64,000 nucleotides of DNA from Minisyncoccota bacterium (GCA_035548315.1 DASZTF010000148.1:21292-85291); one strand, 5' to 3'; positions 50,624 to 60,037 are shown, counted from the stretch's first letter. The notes: a model not told the origin generated them from the letters alone. Numbers and translations are program-made.

Positions 50624-52017
50624 AGCTTCCGAACCGAATCCTTGGTGATCTGCCACGAATCGCCGGTGGTGGGGACGATCGCTTTACCGCCCAGGTAGTC
50701 ATGGATGCGTTGGGCGAGGAAGCGTTCGCTCGACGGCTCGCCGAGCGCCGTGAAGATTAGCTTGGTCCTCCCCTCCTTGAGCGCGGCCTCAGCGAAGTCG
50801 AGCAGGCCCTCGCGGTCGGCATGCCCCGACCAGCCTTCGAGCACCTCGATGTGGGCTCGATTCTCGACCTCCCGGCCCTCGATACGCACCGACGGTGCGC
50901 CCTCCTGGATCATGCGGCCGGGGCTCCCGGGGGCCTGATATCCCACCGTAAAGAGCGTGGTGGTGGGGTCCGGCAGGTAGCGCTGCTCGTGCCGACCGAT
51001 GCGCCCGCCGTGACTCATGCCCGCGCCGGCGATGATGATCTTGGGGTTCGGCGTCTTCTCGATGTCCATCGATTCCTCGCGCGATTTAGTCGTGGTGAGG
51101 AACGGGAAACGGAACAGGCTCGTCTCTCGCTTCATTTCTTCTTCTGCTTCCGGCTTGAAGTACGTAGGCCCCCACTTCTCATACACTTCTGTCACCGCGA
51201 TAGCTAGTGGCGAATCTAGAAACACAGGAATCTTTGGTAAATCTCCTGCGTCAAAGAAATTAGAAAGCTCGTAGAGCATGAGCTGCGTGCGCTCTATGGA
51301 AAATGCGGGAATGAGAATAGCCCCTTCCCGCTCGATCGCGCGTTTGAGCGTGTCTTTAAGTCGCGAATCACGATCCGCCTTCGGCGGATGCGCACGGTCG
51401 CCATACACACTCTCCATGAGTAGCACGTCAGCATCCGGGACTGCTTCCCAGTCTGGCAGAAGCGGCGATGGTGAATTACCGATATCGCCCGTAAGCGCGA
51501 GCGCCGTCCCGTCTGCAGCCTTTATCCGCACACTTGCAGAGCCGAGTATGTGTCCGGTGTTGCGCAGATATATGGATAGGCCCGAAGCGATTTCTTTTTC
51601 TTCGTGGTACGGCACGGTCTCGATCAATCGCAGGAATGTATCAACGTCTTTGTCATCGAAAAGGGGTGGTAGCTGTTTGCGCTGCGCATCTTCTGCCATG
51701 ATGTGAGCGCTGTCGCGCAGGATGAGCTCCGTAAGGTCACGCGTGGGCTCCGTCATGAACACGCGCCCACAGAATCCGTCCTTCGCCAGTTTCGGGCAGC
51801 GGCCCACGTGGTCGAGGTGCGCGTGCGTGATCACGAGCGCGTCTATGGTGGCTGGATCATACGGGAAGGGTCCGTACGCATCGCGCTCCACATAATCCCT
51901 CCCCTGCTCGATACCGCAGTCGATAAGTATCTTTGCACTCTCGGTCTCTACGAGAAAGTTTGACCCAGTAACCGTCTCCGCCGCACCGCAGAAGGTGAGT
52001 TTGAATCCGCTACTCAT
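50620..52017 (-). CDS. MBL-fold beta-CASP ribonuclease
   Basis: THAHLDH, GHILGS, MESVYG, GYQAPGS, SGHAD. Confidence 0.93.
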   Translation of the reverse strand: MSSGFKLTFCGAAETVTGSNFLVETESAKILIDCGIEQGRDYVERDAYGPFPYDPATIDALVITHAHLDHVGRCPKLAKDGFCGRVFMTEPTRDLTELILRDSAHIMAEDAQRKQLPPLFDDKDVDTFLRLIETVPYHEEKEIASGLSIYLRNTGHILGSASVRIKAADGTALALTGDIGNSPSPLLPDWEAVPDADVLLMESVYGDRAHPPKADRDSRLKDTLKRAIEREGAILIPAFSIERTQLMLYELSNFFDAGDLPKIPVFLDSPLAIAVTEVYEKWGPTYFKPEAEEEMKRETSLFRFPFLTTTKSREESMDIEKTPNPKIIIAGAGMSHGGRIGRHEQRYLPDPTTTLFTVGYQAPGSPGRMIQEGAPSVRIEGREVENRAHIEVLEGWSGHADREGLLDFAEAALKEGRTKLIFTALGEPSSERFLAQRIHDYLGGKAIVPTTGDSWQITKDSVRKL

Positions 52018-52390
52018 GAGCAATGACCGGCTTCCACACCGTGTGGCGTGCGATGAAGTACACCGCGACCGCCCCGATGGCGTCGTTCAGCACATCGTGT
52101 GCGGTGTCCCACACGTAATCCACGCCGGGCACGACCGCGATGCCCGCGACCGCCTCAAAGAGCTCCCAGGCGAATGCCGCAAGCGCGATAAGCAGCAGGT
52201 AACGCCAGGGCTGCCAGCGGCTCCCGAGGATGCCTATCGCGATGAGGCCGATCGTGGCACCGCCGAGGATGTGCATGGGTGTGTCGAACCAGCGATACTT
52301 CCAATACTCGAAGTTCACAATGGCCCAAATATGGAGCACGGCCAGGATGATTGCAGAAACAAGGGCTGCAAGCAACCAGCGGAGATTCAT
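52010..52390 (-). CDS. Hypothetical membrane protein
   Basis: WFDTPMHILGG, WELFE, DTAHDVLND; TAAAAT 6 nt before the ATG. Confidence 0.75.
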   Translation of the reverse strand: MNLRWLLAALVSAIILAVLHIWAIVNFEYWKYRWFDTPMHILGGATIGLIAIGILGSRWQPWRYLLLIALAAFAWELFEAVAGIAVVPGVDYVWDTAHDVLNDAIGAVAVYFIARHTVWKPVIAHE

Positions 52391-52418
52391 GCAGTACATT
52401 TTACCATTCACCGAAACG

Positions 52419-52441
52419 CAAAAACCCGGCCGATGCCGGGT
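52419..52441 (-). terminator. Intrinsic terminator of the candidate 6S RNA
   Basis: Minus strand ACCCGGC-atcg-GCCGGGTTTTT. Confidence 0.75.
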
Positions 52442-52445
52442 ATCT

Positions 52446-52570
52446 GCGTGAGCCGCCCCAAGAAGTAGCAACTTCTTTAGCCAGGTGGGTGATCGAACGG
52501 CGTTCCAAGGAGCGCCTTAATCTAAATCTCCCGAGATGTAGGCAGTTGCGAATATAAGAAGCGGCTCTGC
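52446..52570 (-). ncRNA. Candidate compact 6S RNA (SsrS-like)
   Basis: TATACT at 52575-52580; rod fold GAGCCGCTTC/GGGGCGGCTC, GCAACT/AGTTGC, central bubble flanked by TCGGGAG and ACCCACCTG, apical GGCG/CGCC hairpin; has its own terminator. Confidence 0.65.
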
Positions 52571-52662
52571 CTGTAGTATACGTCGCTCGGCCAGGTTACC
52601 CAAAAGGGTACGCTCCAAGCCGCTCGGCAGTCAGCCCCTTTTGGCCAACCTGCCTTCGCTCT

Positions 52663-53241
52663 TTATTCCCCGTGGCGGGTGTAGGAGTAGATCGGCGACT
52701 TGCCGAACCAGTACTCGATCTCGTGCTCAGCCTCTTCCGGGGTCTCCGATGCGTGCATGAGGTTCATCACCGCGCGCTTCTCGGCGTTCGCGAGTGCCGG
52801 GGAGTCGTTGGAGTAATCGCCGCGGATGGTGCCCATGTCGGCGAGGTACGGCATCGTGGGGCCCGAGATCTTGCGGACCATATCCACCGCGTGAATACCC
52901 TGGACCACCATGCGCACGAGGGGTGCCGAGACCATGTAGTCGACGAGCCACTTGCGGATCTCGGGGCCGATCTTCTCCGGTTCCGTAGTGCCGAAGTCCT
53001 TCATCGCGTCGTAGCCGTACTTCTCATAGGTCGAGAGTGTCTTCTCGCCGAGGCGCTTGATCCACGCCGGATCCTTCGGGTAGTGGTTGTCGATCTGCTC
53101 CACGGTCGGCTGGAACATCTCGAGCGCCACGATCTTGAGATCGCGCTGCTCAAAGCGCTTGATAATTTCTCCGATGAGGCCCTTCTTCACTCCGTCGGGC
53201 TTCACCATAACGTACGTCTTCTCTTCTTTTGGGTTTTTCAT
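52663..53241 (-). CDS. ndk: Nucleoside diphosphate kinase
   Basis: VKPDGV, GTIRGDY, NLMHASE. Confidence 0.95.
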   Translation of the reverse strand: MKNPKEEKTYVMVKPDGVKKGLIGEIIKRFEQRDLKIVALEMFQPTVEQIDNHYPKDPAWIKRLGEKTLSTYEKYGYDAMKDFGTTEPEKIGPEIRKWLVDYMVSAPLVRMVVQGIHAVDMVRKISGPTMPYLADMGTIRGDYSNDSPALANAEKRAVMNLMHASETPEEAEHEIEYWFGKSPIYSYTRHGE

Positions 53242-53300
53242 ATAAATAAAAATCGCCTAGGGCGTTAATGCAGTGAGTATACGCGAAAGCAACCATAAAC

Positions 53301-53325
53301 AAAAGCCCCGCTACACGGGGCTTTT
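53301..53325. terminator. Terminator hairpin
   Basis: AAAAGCCCCG-ctaca-CGGGGCTTTT. Confidence 0.75.
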
Positions 53326-53342
53326 GCAGGACGGGACGAGAG

Positions 53343-53624
53343 CTAGGAGCCGTTCCCTACCGTTTCCCCACCCGAGGCATTACTCGACGAATTGCCGTCG
53401 TTACCGCCCGGGAGGGTGATATTGATGCTGCCGGTGGAGTTACCGCCCTGCGCGGGGGCCACGTACGCATGGTGGTAGTGGTACCACACGAAGAGCCCCA
53501 CGATAACCGCGATCAATATGATGACCGCGATCGCCCAGCCTGCAGAAGACCCGCTATCAGTAGTGCGTTCAACCGTCACGACGCGGTCGGGCCCGGAGTC
53601 GTTGATAACAGTAGCCATAATCAA
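53343..53624 (-). CDS. Small single-TM hypothetical protein
   Basis: 93 aa with one TM and a G/S/N-rich tail. Confidence 0.65.
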   Translation of the reverse strand: MIMATVINDSGPDRVVTVERTTDSGSSAGWAIAVIILIAVIVGLFVWYHYHHAYVAPAQGGNSTGSINITLPGGNDGNSSSNASGGETVGNGS

Positions 53625-53676
53625 GAATATCGGTGATGGGTAACGCTCCTAGCGTAGCCCGCGCACCATGAGCCCA

Positions 53677-54459
53677 TTATGAAGCCTCGGAGGGGCGGCG
53701 GGTGAGCACCGTCGTCCCGCGGTCTTCTACCAAAATAGTGTGCTCAAAGTGCGCGGAGCGCGAGCCATCGCGTGTCGCATAGGTGTACCCATCGGGGCGC
53801 AGCACCACGGCACCCTTCCCCATATTCGCGATCGGCTCGAGGGCGAGCACCATACCCGAGACAATCTCTTCCCCTGTGCCTGGGTGGCCCACATTCGCGA
53901 TCCATGGCTCTTCATGGACGTGCGCACCCACACCGTGCCCGCCGAGCACCTTCACGATCGAGAACCCTGTACCGTCGTACGCCGTCTCAATCGCGTGAGA
54001 AATATCACCAATATGATTCCCTACTTTTGCTGCGGCGATTCCCGCTTCAAGCGCGAGCCGCGTGGCGTCCACGAGTTCGTAGGAGCGCTGGTCGGTCCTC
54101 CCCACCGCGACAGTGAGCGCAGAATCGACGATGAATCCCTCGTGCACGAGTCCCAGGTCGAGCGTGACAATATCGCCTTCTGCGAGTATGCGCGGGCTCT
54201 CATTCGGGATGCCGTGCACCACCTCATCGTTCACCGATACGCACAGCGTCGCGGGATAGGGCCGCGCAGCACCATCGGGTGTGTAGCCCAGAAAAGCGGT
54301 AGTGTCGCCGCGCTCTTTGATGTATTCATTGGCGAGGTCTTCGAGCGTATGCGTTGAAACTCCTGGTCGCACCTCTTGTGCAAGCAGATCGAGTACTTCA
54401 CCCAAGTGCCTCCCTGCTACCAGTGCGCGTGCGCGTTCTTCTGGGGTATGGATAGTCAT
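53677..54459 (-). CDS. map: Methionine aminopeptidase type I
   Basis: CVSVNDEVVHGIP, GHGVG..VHEEP, SAHFEHT. Confidence 0.97.
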   Translation of the reverse strand: MTIHTPEERARALVAGRHLGEVLDLLAQEVRPGVSTHTLEDLANEYIKERGDTTAFLGYTPDGAARPYPATLCVSVNDEVVHGIPNESPRILAEGDIVTLDLGLVHEGFIVDSALTVAVGRTDQRSYELVDATRLALEAGIAAAKVGNHIGDISHAIETAYDGTGFSIVKVLGGHGVGAHVHEEPWIANVGHPGTGEEIVSGMVLALEPIANMGKGAVVLRPDGYTYATRDGSRSAHFEHTILVEDRGTTVLTRRPSEAS

Positions 54460-55031
54460 CAGGAAAGGCGCGCGACCAAGTCTGCGTGGATCGTTTCAAT
54501 CGTCGGCGTGCCGTCAACTTCGATGAGCTTGCCCTGCGTGCGGAAGAATTCCAGGACTGGCTCCGTCTGTTCAGTGTATGTCGTGAAGCGCGCGCGGATC
54601 TTCTCCTCGCTGTCGCTGTCGGGCCGGTGTTCCGACTTCGCACGTTCGATCATGCGACTGAGCGTCTCTTCTTCTGGCACCGCCAGATGGATGACCGTGT
54701 ACGGTCGCTCGAGCCAGGTGAGCACGCCATGGCAGAGCTGCGCCTGCGGCACCGAGCGCGGATAGCCTTCGCAAATCACGCCGGCGTCGGGGCTGAGCTT
54801 GAGCATCGTGTCTTCAAAAAGATACGAAGCGAACCAATCCGGCGCGAGCTTACCCGCATCGTAGAGCGTGCGGATGCGGTCACCCAGGGGCCCCGGCTCG
54901 TCCCGAAGCGCTTTGAACCGGTCTCCCGTGGAGAATATGCTCCAGCCGAACTTCTCCGCGAGAAGCTTGGCCTGAGTGCCCTTCCCCGACCCCGGGCGGC
55001 CAAACAGAAAAACTGTTTTCGTGTCGCTCAT
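54459..55031 (-). CDS. adk: Adenylate kinase (short, LID-less)
   Basis: GRPGSGKGTQA, STGD, EGYPR, RPDSD. Confidence 0.9.
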   Translation of the reverse strand: MSDTKTVFLFGRPGSGKGTQAKLLAEKFGWSIFSTGDRFKALRDEPGPLGDRIRTLYDAGKLAPDWFASYLFEDTMLKLSPDAGVICEGYPRSVPQAQLCHGVLTWLERPYTVIHLAVPEEETLSRMIERAKSEHRPDSDSEEKIRARFTTYTEQTEPVLEFFRTQGKLIEVDGTPTIETIHADLVARLS

Positions 55032-55035
55032 GCTG

Positions 55036-55614
55036 CTAGTGTACCTCGTCGAGCTCGTTCTGCACGGCTTGTTTAAAAGCTGCCTTTGCTTCTTCAAGTT
55101 CTCCAGCGTAGTTGCGCAGCACTACATCCGCCATGTCCTTGAACGGAAGTTCATCGTCGTACCGCTGCTTGCGCTTCTCGATCTCTTCATCTGTGATGGA
55201 GCCGCGTGCGCGCACACGCTGCTCGAGCTCGCTCCAGCTGCCCGCGTCGATATAGAACAGCTTGAGCTCCTCGCGCGGTAACTGCGCGAGCATCTGGCGG
55301 ATACCCTGCACTTCCATTTCCTTGAGCATGATGACGCCCGACGCAACGCCTTCGTCGAGATCCTTGCGGCTCGTACCGTACCGAGCGCTACCAAATTGAG
55401 CCCACTCGATGAACTCTGCATCCGCGATCATGCGGTCAAACTCAGCGTCGTCGATAAACTCGTAGTGCGCGTTCTCGAGCGCTGTGCGACGAGTACGCGT
55501 GGTGTACGTCTTGAGGTAGCGGATCTCGGGGAGTTCCTTGTGTACGTAATCGATCAGCACACTCTTGCCGCTCCCCGTGGGACCGATGATGAGAATCAAT
55601 TTCCCGCGAGCCAT
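55036..55614 (-). CDS. gmk: Guanylate kinase
   Basis: GPTGSGKS, YTTRTRR, FIEWA...YGT. Confidence 0.9.
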   Translation of the reverse strand: MARGKLILIIGPTGSGKSVLIDYVHKELPEIRYLKTYTTRTRRTALENAHYEFIDDAEFDRMIADAEFIEWAQFGSARYGTSRKDLDEGVASGVIMLKEMEVQGIRQMLAQLPREELKLFYIDAGSWSELEQRVRARGSITDEEIEKRKQRYDDELPFKDMADVVLRNYAGELEEAKAAFKQAVQNELDEVH

Positions 55615-55637
55615 TTTCTTAATCTAGCACGCGGCGA

Positions 55638-56912
55638 TTAGTATTCGCGGAGCGAGACCTGCGCGTCTACTTTGCGCACGAGGTCGAGTATCACCTGGAC
55701 CGCGATGAGGAGCGCCGTGCCACCGACGAGGATGGCCGTGACGCCCGTAAGGCCTTCCACGATGAACGGGATGACGGCCAAGAGACCGAGGAAGACGGCG
55801 CCCGGGAGCGTGATGCGATTCACCACCGCTCCGATGTAGCGCTCGGTCTCAGGACCCGGACGCACGCCCGGCACGAACGCGCCCGACTTCTGGAGGTTCT
55901 CCGCCACGCGGTGCGGCTCGAACGTGATCGAAGTATAGAAGTACGTGAAGATCACGACGAGCACGAAGTACACGGCACCATACTCAAAACTGTTTGAGGT
56001 GAACGATGCGTAGTGGAGCGCCCACGCACTTGCCCAACCGATGCCGAGCGCTGAAAGGCCGTTCAGGACCATCTGCGGGAATAGAAGCAGCGAGAGTGCG
56101 AACACGATCGGGATCACGCCGGTCTGGAGGAGACGGATGGGGAGGTACGTGGCAGCACCCTGTGCATTAGCCGCGCCGCGGACGGCGCGTGCGTACGCGA
56201 TCGGAATGGAGCGCTCTGCTTCCGATACGATCACCACGGCGTACACAATCGCGATAGCGATCGCGACGAACGCGAGGTACGACGGAATGTTCGCCGTCGT
56301 AAAGGTGAAGGCCAGCTGGGAGACGCCGCTCGGGATGCGCGACGCGATACCCGCAAAGATGATGAGCGAGACGCCGTTACCGATACCGAACTCGGTGATG
56401 AGCTCACCGATCCACATGAGGAGCATCGAGCCCGCGGACACGAGCATGATATCGCTCACGAATACGATCGGATCGAGCTGCCCGAGCACGCCCTGGCTCT
56501 GGAGGAGCGAGAGGAATGCGACCGCCTGAATGATCGCGATAGGAATGGTGATGATGCGGCTCCACTCGATGAACTTCGCACGGCCGGCCTCCCCTTCCTC
56601 CGTGTACATACGCTTCACGCTCGGGAAGAGGATGGTAGCGAGCTGCATGATGATCGAGCCGGTGATGTAGGGTGCGACGCCGAGCATCACGAGAGACAAC
56701 TTCGAGAATCCACCGCCCGAGAAGACGTTGAGGAGTCCGAAGAACTGATTGTTCGAAAAGAATGCTTCAAGCGCATTGCGGTCGACACCCGGGATAGGAA
56801 TCGCCGCGAGGAAGCGGAATACGGCAAACGCCCCGAGCACAAAGAGGATGCGCAGGCGGATGACCGGATCGGTGATGGCGATGTGGAGCTTGTGGAAGAA
56901 GGAGCTAAGCAT
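55638..56912 (-). CDS. secY: Preprotein translocase SecY
   Basis: LGVAPYITGSIIMQL, GIGNGVSLIIF, FVPGVRPG. Confidence 0.97.
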   Translation of the reverse strand: MLSSFFHKLHIAITDPVIRLRILFVLGAFAVFRFLAAIPIPGVDRNALEAFFSNNQFFGLLNVFSGGGFSKLSLVMLGVAPYITGSIIMQLATILFPSVKRMYTEEGEAGRAKFIEWSRIITIPIAIIQAVAFLSLLQSQGVLGQLDPIVFVSDIMLVSAGSMLLMWIGELITEFGIGNGVSLIIFAGIASRIPSGVSQLAFTFTTANIPSYLAFVAIAIAIVYAVVIVSEAERSIPIAYARAVRGAANAQGAATYLPIRLLQTGVIPIVFALSLLLFPQMVLNGLSALGIGWASAWALHYASFTSNSFEYGAVYFVLVVIFTYFYTSITFEPHRVAENLQKSGAFVPGVRPGPETERYIGAVVNRITLPGAVFLGLLAVIPFIVEGLTGVTAILVGGTALLIAVQVILDLVRKVDAQVSLREY

Positions 56913-57348
56913 ATGCGACGACAGAGCCGCCTGCCTTCTCGATGGCAGCGCGTGCCGAGCTCGAGACCGAAACGCCCGAGACCGAAAGCGCTGCGGAGAG
57001 CTCGCCCGCACCGAGGATCTTCACGCGGTAGCCCTTCTTTACGATGCCCTTCTTCACGAGCGTCGCCGGCGTCACCGTATCCCCCGCCTTGAAGGCGTTA
57101 GCGAGTACCGCGAGGTTCACCACGGCGACCGGGGCCTGCGGGCGCACCGTGCGTGCGCGGTTCTTACCATGACCACGGCGCTTCGGGAGCTTCTTGATGA
57201 TGTCGCGCATCTCCGGGCGGATCTTGTGACCCGCGCGTGCCGTCTGGCCCTTACCGCCGTGACCACTCGTTTTGCCGCGCTTACCACCGCGACCGACGCG
57301 ATGGCTCGTGACCCGCTTGGATTTTGCTTTGAGAGAGTTGAGCTGCAT
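56905..57348 (-). CDS. rplO: 50S ribosomal protein L15
   Basis: RVGRGGKRGKTSGHGGKGQTAR, VKILG.G. Confidence 0.96.
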   Translation of the reverse strand: MQLNSLKAKSKRVTSHRVGRGGKRGKTSGHGGKGQTARAGHKIRPEMRDIIKKLPKRRGHGKNRARTVRPQAPVAVVNLAVLANAFKAGDTVTPATLVKKGIVKKGYRVKILGAGELSAALSVSGVSVSSSARAAIEKAGGSVVAYA

Positions 57349-57359
57349 ACGTTTGGAAA

Positions 57360-57962
57360 TTACTTGCTCTGGAGCTGCTTGAGCGCCTCGACCGTCGCGC
57401 GCGCGATGGTCAGCTTGTTCTTGGTGCGCGAGAGGATCTTGGTGATCACGTCGTTCACACCCGCGAGCTCGAGCACGGTGCGCATCGCAGAGCCGGCCAC
57501 CAGACCGCGGCCCGGGCTCGGCATGATCGAGACGACCGACGATGCGTACTTAGCAGCGACGTCGTGCGGGATCGAGCCCGAGTCGGTGCGTGCAATGGTG
57601 ATCATGTGCTTCTTGGCGTCGCGCGTCGCTTTATCAATAGCGAGCGCAGTATCGGCGCCCTTACCAAGACCCACACCCACACGACCCTTCTTGTCGCCGA
57701 TCACGATCGCCACGCTGAAATTGAAACGGCGACCACCGGCCATCACGCGGGCCACGCGGCGCACATCGATGGTCACGGAGTCGAACTCGCTGCGCTCGCG
57801 CGGTGCGCGCGTACGCGGACCACGGCCACCGTCGCGGCCACCGCGACCACGCGGGCCGCCGCGGCGGTCACGCATATCCGGACGTGCTCCTGCATCTACC
57901 GGTGCTGCTTCCTGAGGAGCAGTTTCCGTGATCGGTGCGTTCTCGATGAGAGTATCAGCCAT
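57360..57962 (-). CDS. rpsE: 30S ribosomal protein S5
   Basis: RVARVMAGGRRFNF, GRVGVGLGK. Confidence 0.97.
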   Translation of the reverse strand: MADTLIENAPITETAPQEAAPVDAGARPDMRDRRGGPRGRGGRDGGRGPRTRAPRERSEFDSVTIDVRRVARVMAGGRRFNFSVAIVIGDKKGRVGVGLGKGADTALAIDKATRDAKKHMITIARTDSGSIPHDVAAKYASSVVSIMPSPGRGLVAGSAMRTVLELAGVNDVITKILSRTKNKLTIARATVEALKQLQSK

Positions 57963-57970
57963 AAAAAATA

Positions 57971-58321
57971 TTAGAATTGAAGTCCGCCTGCGCGTGCCGC
58001 ATCGGCAAATGCCTTCACCTGTGCTGCGTAGGCATAGCCGCCACGGTCGAAGACGACTTTCGTCACACCCTTGGCAGATGCGCGCTTTGCGATCTCCGTA
58101 CCCACCGCACCCGCCTGCGCGGTGAGCGTGCCCTTGAACTCGCGGCCGTGTGCTGCTGCCACGGTGGTGCCGTTGTCGTCGTTAATAAGCTGCGCCGAGA
58201 CAAAGCGATTGCTCTTGTAGATGGCGAGGCGCGGACGCGCTTCGGTGCCCTTCACGGACGCACGCACCCGCTTGTGGCGGCGCTGACGGAGTTGCTGACG
58301 AGTAGTCGGGAGTTTGTTCAT
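57971..58321 (-). CDS. rplR: 50S ribosomal protein L18
   Basis: RPRLAIYKSN, VVFDRGGY. Confidence 0.97.
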   Translation of the reverse strand: MNKLPTTRQQLRQRRHKRVRASVKGTEARPRLAIYKSNRFVSAQLINDDNGTTVAAAHGREFKGTLTAQAGAVGTEIAKRASAKGVTKVVFDRGGYAYAAQVKAFADAARAGGLQF

Positions 58322-58327
58322 ACGGTA

Positions 58328-58861
58328 TTAGACGGCCTTCTTGCCCTGCTTGCGACGGATGGTTTCGTCGTTGTAGCGGATACCCTTACCGAGGTACGGC
58401 TCCGGCGGCTTCACCGCGCGGACATTTGCCGCGAACTGACCGACGACGTCTTTGTCGGCACCCTCGACGGTCATGACGTTCTTTTCCACCGTGACGGTGA
58501 TACCTTCCGGGATGGCGAGCTTCACCTGGTGCGAGAAGCCCACCGTAAAGACGAGCTCCTTGCCCTTGAGTTCCACGCGGTAACCCACGCCCTCGAGGAT
58601 GAGGCCGCGCTTCCAGGGGGTCTCAACGCCCTGCATCATGGTGCGCACGTGCGCTGCGTACGTGCCGGTGAGCGCCTTCGCGAGACGCGAGCTGTCCTTG
58701 GCCGTGATCTCCACGCCCTCGGCACCCACCGTGATGCCCACGAGCGGATGAAGCGGCTTGGTGAGCGTCGCCTTAGAACCCTTTACGGAAAGCGAATTAC
58801 CCGAAGCGGTGACTTCGATTTTGGCCGGGACGGGAATGGGTTTCTTTGCAAGTCGGCTCAT
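58328..58861 (-). CDS. rplF: 50S ribosomal protein L6
   Basis: PEPYLGKGIRY. Confidence 0.97.
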   Translation of the reverse strand: MSRLAKKPIPVPAKIEVTASGNSLSVKGSKATLTKPLHPLVGITVGAEGVEITAKDSSRLAKALTGTYAAHVRTMMQGVETPWKRGLILEGVGYRVELKGKELVFTVGFSHQVKLAIPEGITVTVEKNVMTVEGADKDVVGQFAANVRAVKPPEPYLGKGIRYNDETIRRKQGKKAV

Positions 58862-58879
58862 AAATGTTTCGAGGGATGA

Positions 58880-59278
58880 TTACCAGATTTCAAATAGATC
58901 TTCTCCGCCCGCTTTTACTTTCCGGGCTTCCTTATCCGAGAGGATGCCCTTCGGCGTCGAGATGATGCGCGCGCCCATGCCGTTCTTAACGCCGTGCGCT
59001 TCCTTGGAAGATGTGTAGAGACGGCGGCCCGGCTTGCTGATGCGCTTCACGCCGTGGATCTTCGGATTGCCGCGCTCGTCGAATGCGAGCGTGACCTCAA
59101 GCTGCTTGCCGCCCTTTGCCTTGGTCGAGGACTCGACGGTGGCTACGTAGCCGAGCTCGCGGAGTTTCTTCGCGACCGCTTCGATGTGCGCAGAGTACGG
59201 CAGCGAGATATTCGCCTTGCCGACCATGCCGGCATTCTGAAGACGCACGATAAAGTCACCGACGCGGTCGCTTACCAT
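58880..59278 (-). CDS. rpsH: 30S ribosomal protein S8
   Basis: [20 protein letters not shown]; start reassigned. Confidence 0.96.
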   Translation of the reverse strand: MVSDRVGDFIVRLQNAGMVGKANISLPYSAHIEAVAKKLRELGYVATVESSTKAKGGKQLEVTLAFDERGNPKIHGVKRISKPGRRLYTSSKEAHGVKNGMGARIISTPKGILSDKEARKVKAGGEDLFEIW

Positions 59279-59541
59279 GATGCTTTCTTGATGCCCGGGA
59301 TCTTGCCTTCGCGGGCAAGCTCGCGGAACTGGATGCGCGAGAGACCAAACGCGCGCATGTAGCCACGGGGACGACCAGAGACCGCGCAGCGGTTCTTGAG
59401 ACGGACCGGAGAGGCATTTTTCGGGAGCTTCTGGAGGCCATCCCAATCACCGGCAGCCTTAAGAGCCGCGCGCTTCGTAGCGTACTTCGCCACGAGCTTT
59501 TCGCGTTTCTTATTGCGGGCGATGGTTGAGGTTTTGGCCAT
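59272..59541 (-). CDS. rpsN: 30S ribosomal protein S14, 89-aa Zn-free (C-) type
   Basis: [22 protein letters not shown]...PGIKKASW. Confidence 0.96.
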   Translation of the reverse strand: MAKTSTIARNKKREKLVAKYATKRAALKAAGDWDGLQKLPKNASPVRLKNRCAVSGRPRGYMRAFGLSRIQFRELAREGKIPGIKKASW

Positions 59542-59570
59542 ACAAAAATAGCTCCGGAGAGCGTTCCCCC

Positions 59571-59599
59571 AATCTATCACCTAGGGAATGAGCCGTCAA
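59571..59599 (-). promoter_or_regulatory. Sigma70-type promoter for rpsN and downstream genes
   Basis: TTGACG-N17-TAGATT with a TG extension. Confidence 0.65.
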
Positions 59600-59652
59600 A
59601 CGAATGACCCGCCGCCTGATTAGGGCGACGGGCCGGGTAGGTAATGTGCGGT

Positions 59653-59943
59653 CTAGCCGCGGGGACAGGTCTTGCTGCGATTCTCCTGGCACTCCCACAG
59701 GTAGTTGCTGAAGGCCGTTATGAAGGAGTCTGGGTTCTTGTTGAGCGCGTAGCGCTCTACAAGGACGCCAACCACGGCTGCCTCAATACGAAAACCTGGG
59801 GCGTCGTGGTCGAGCTCGAGCTCCTTTTCGAATGCAGCCACAGCGGCGTTGATACGGGCTGTGGTACGCGGAGCGCGATCCAAATTCCGTGTGGCTTTCC
59901 AGACATCGCTGAGCGAGATCCTGAGGGCAGGACTGAGGGGCAC
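59653..59943 (-). CDS. Orphan 96-aa protein inserted in the spc operon
   Basis: GTG start with SD AAGGAG; hairpins on both sides (59606-59634 and 59987-60020). Confidence 0.6.
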   Translation of the reverse strand: MPLSPALRISLSDVWKATRNLDRAPRTTARINAAVAAFEKELELDHDAPGFRIEAAVVGVLVERYALNKNPDSFITAFSNYLWECQENRSKTCPRG

Positions 59944-59980
59944 CGTTCTTCTCCTTTTTACTGAATGGTTGCGCCGGAAG

Positions 59981-60020
59981 TAAAATACAACATGCGTTGA
60001 CTTTCGTCAACGCATGTTGT
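59981..60020 (-). terminator. Terminator after rplE that also contains a promoter-like sequence
   Basis: 15-bp perfect stem ACAACATGCGTTGAC-GAAA-GTCAACGCATGTTGT plus ATTTT; also reads TTGACG-N17-TATTTT. Confidence 0.7.
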
Positions 60021-60037
60021 GAGCACTTGTAAAACTA

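Noticed and set aside
52419-52660. RNase P RNA or SRP RNA
   Set aside because: Lacks the RNase P GAGGAAAGUCC motif and the SRP CAGG-GNRA-AGCAG domain.
59545-59650. Riboswitch or ribosomal leader upstream of rpsN
   Set aside because: Explained more simply as a terminator hairpin followed by a sigma70 promoter; no known aptamer motif was recognised.
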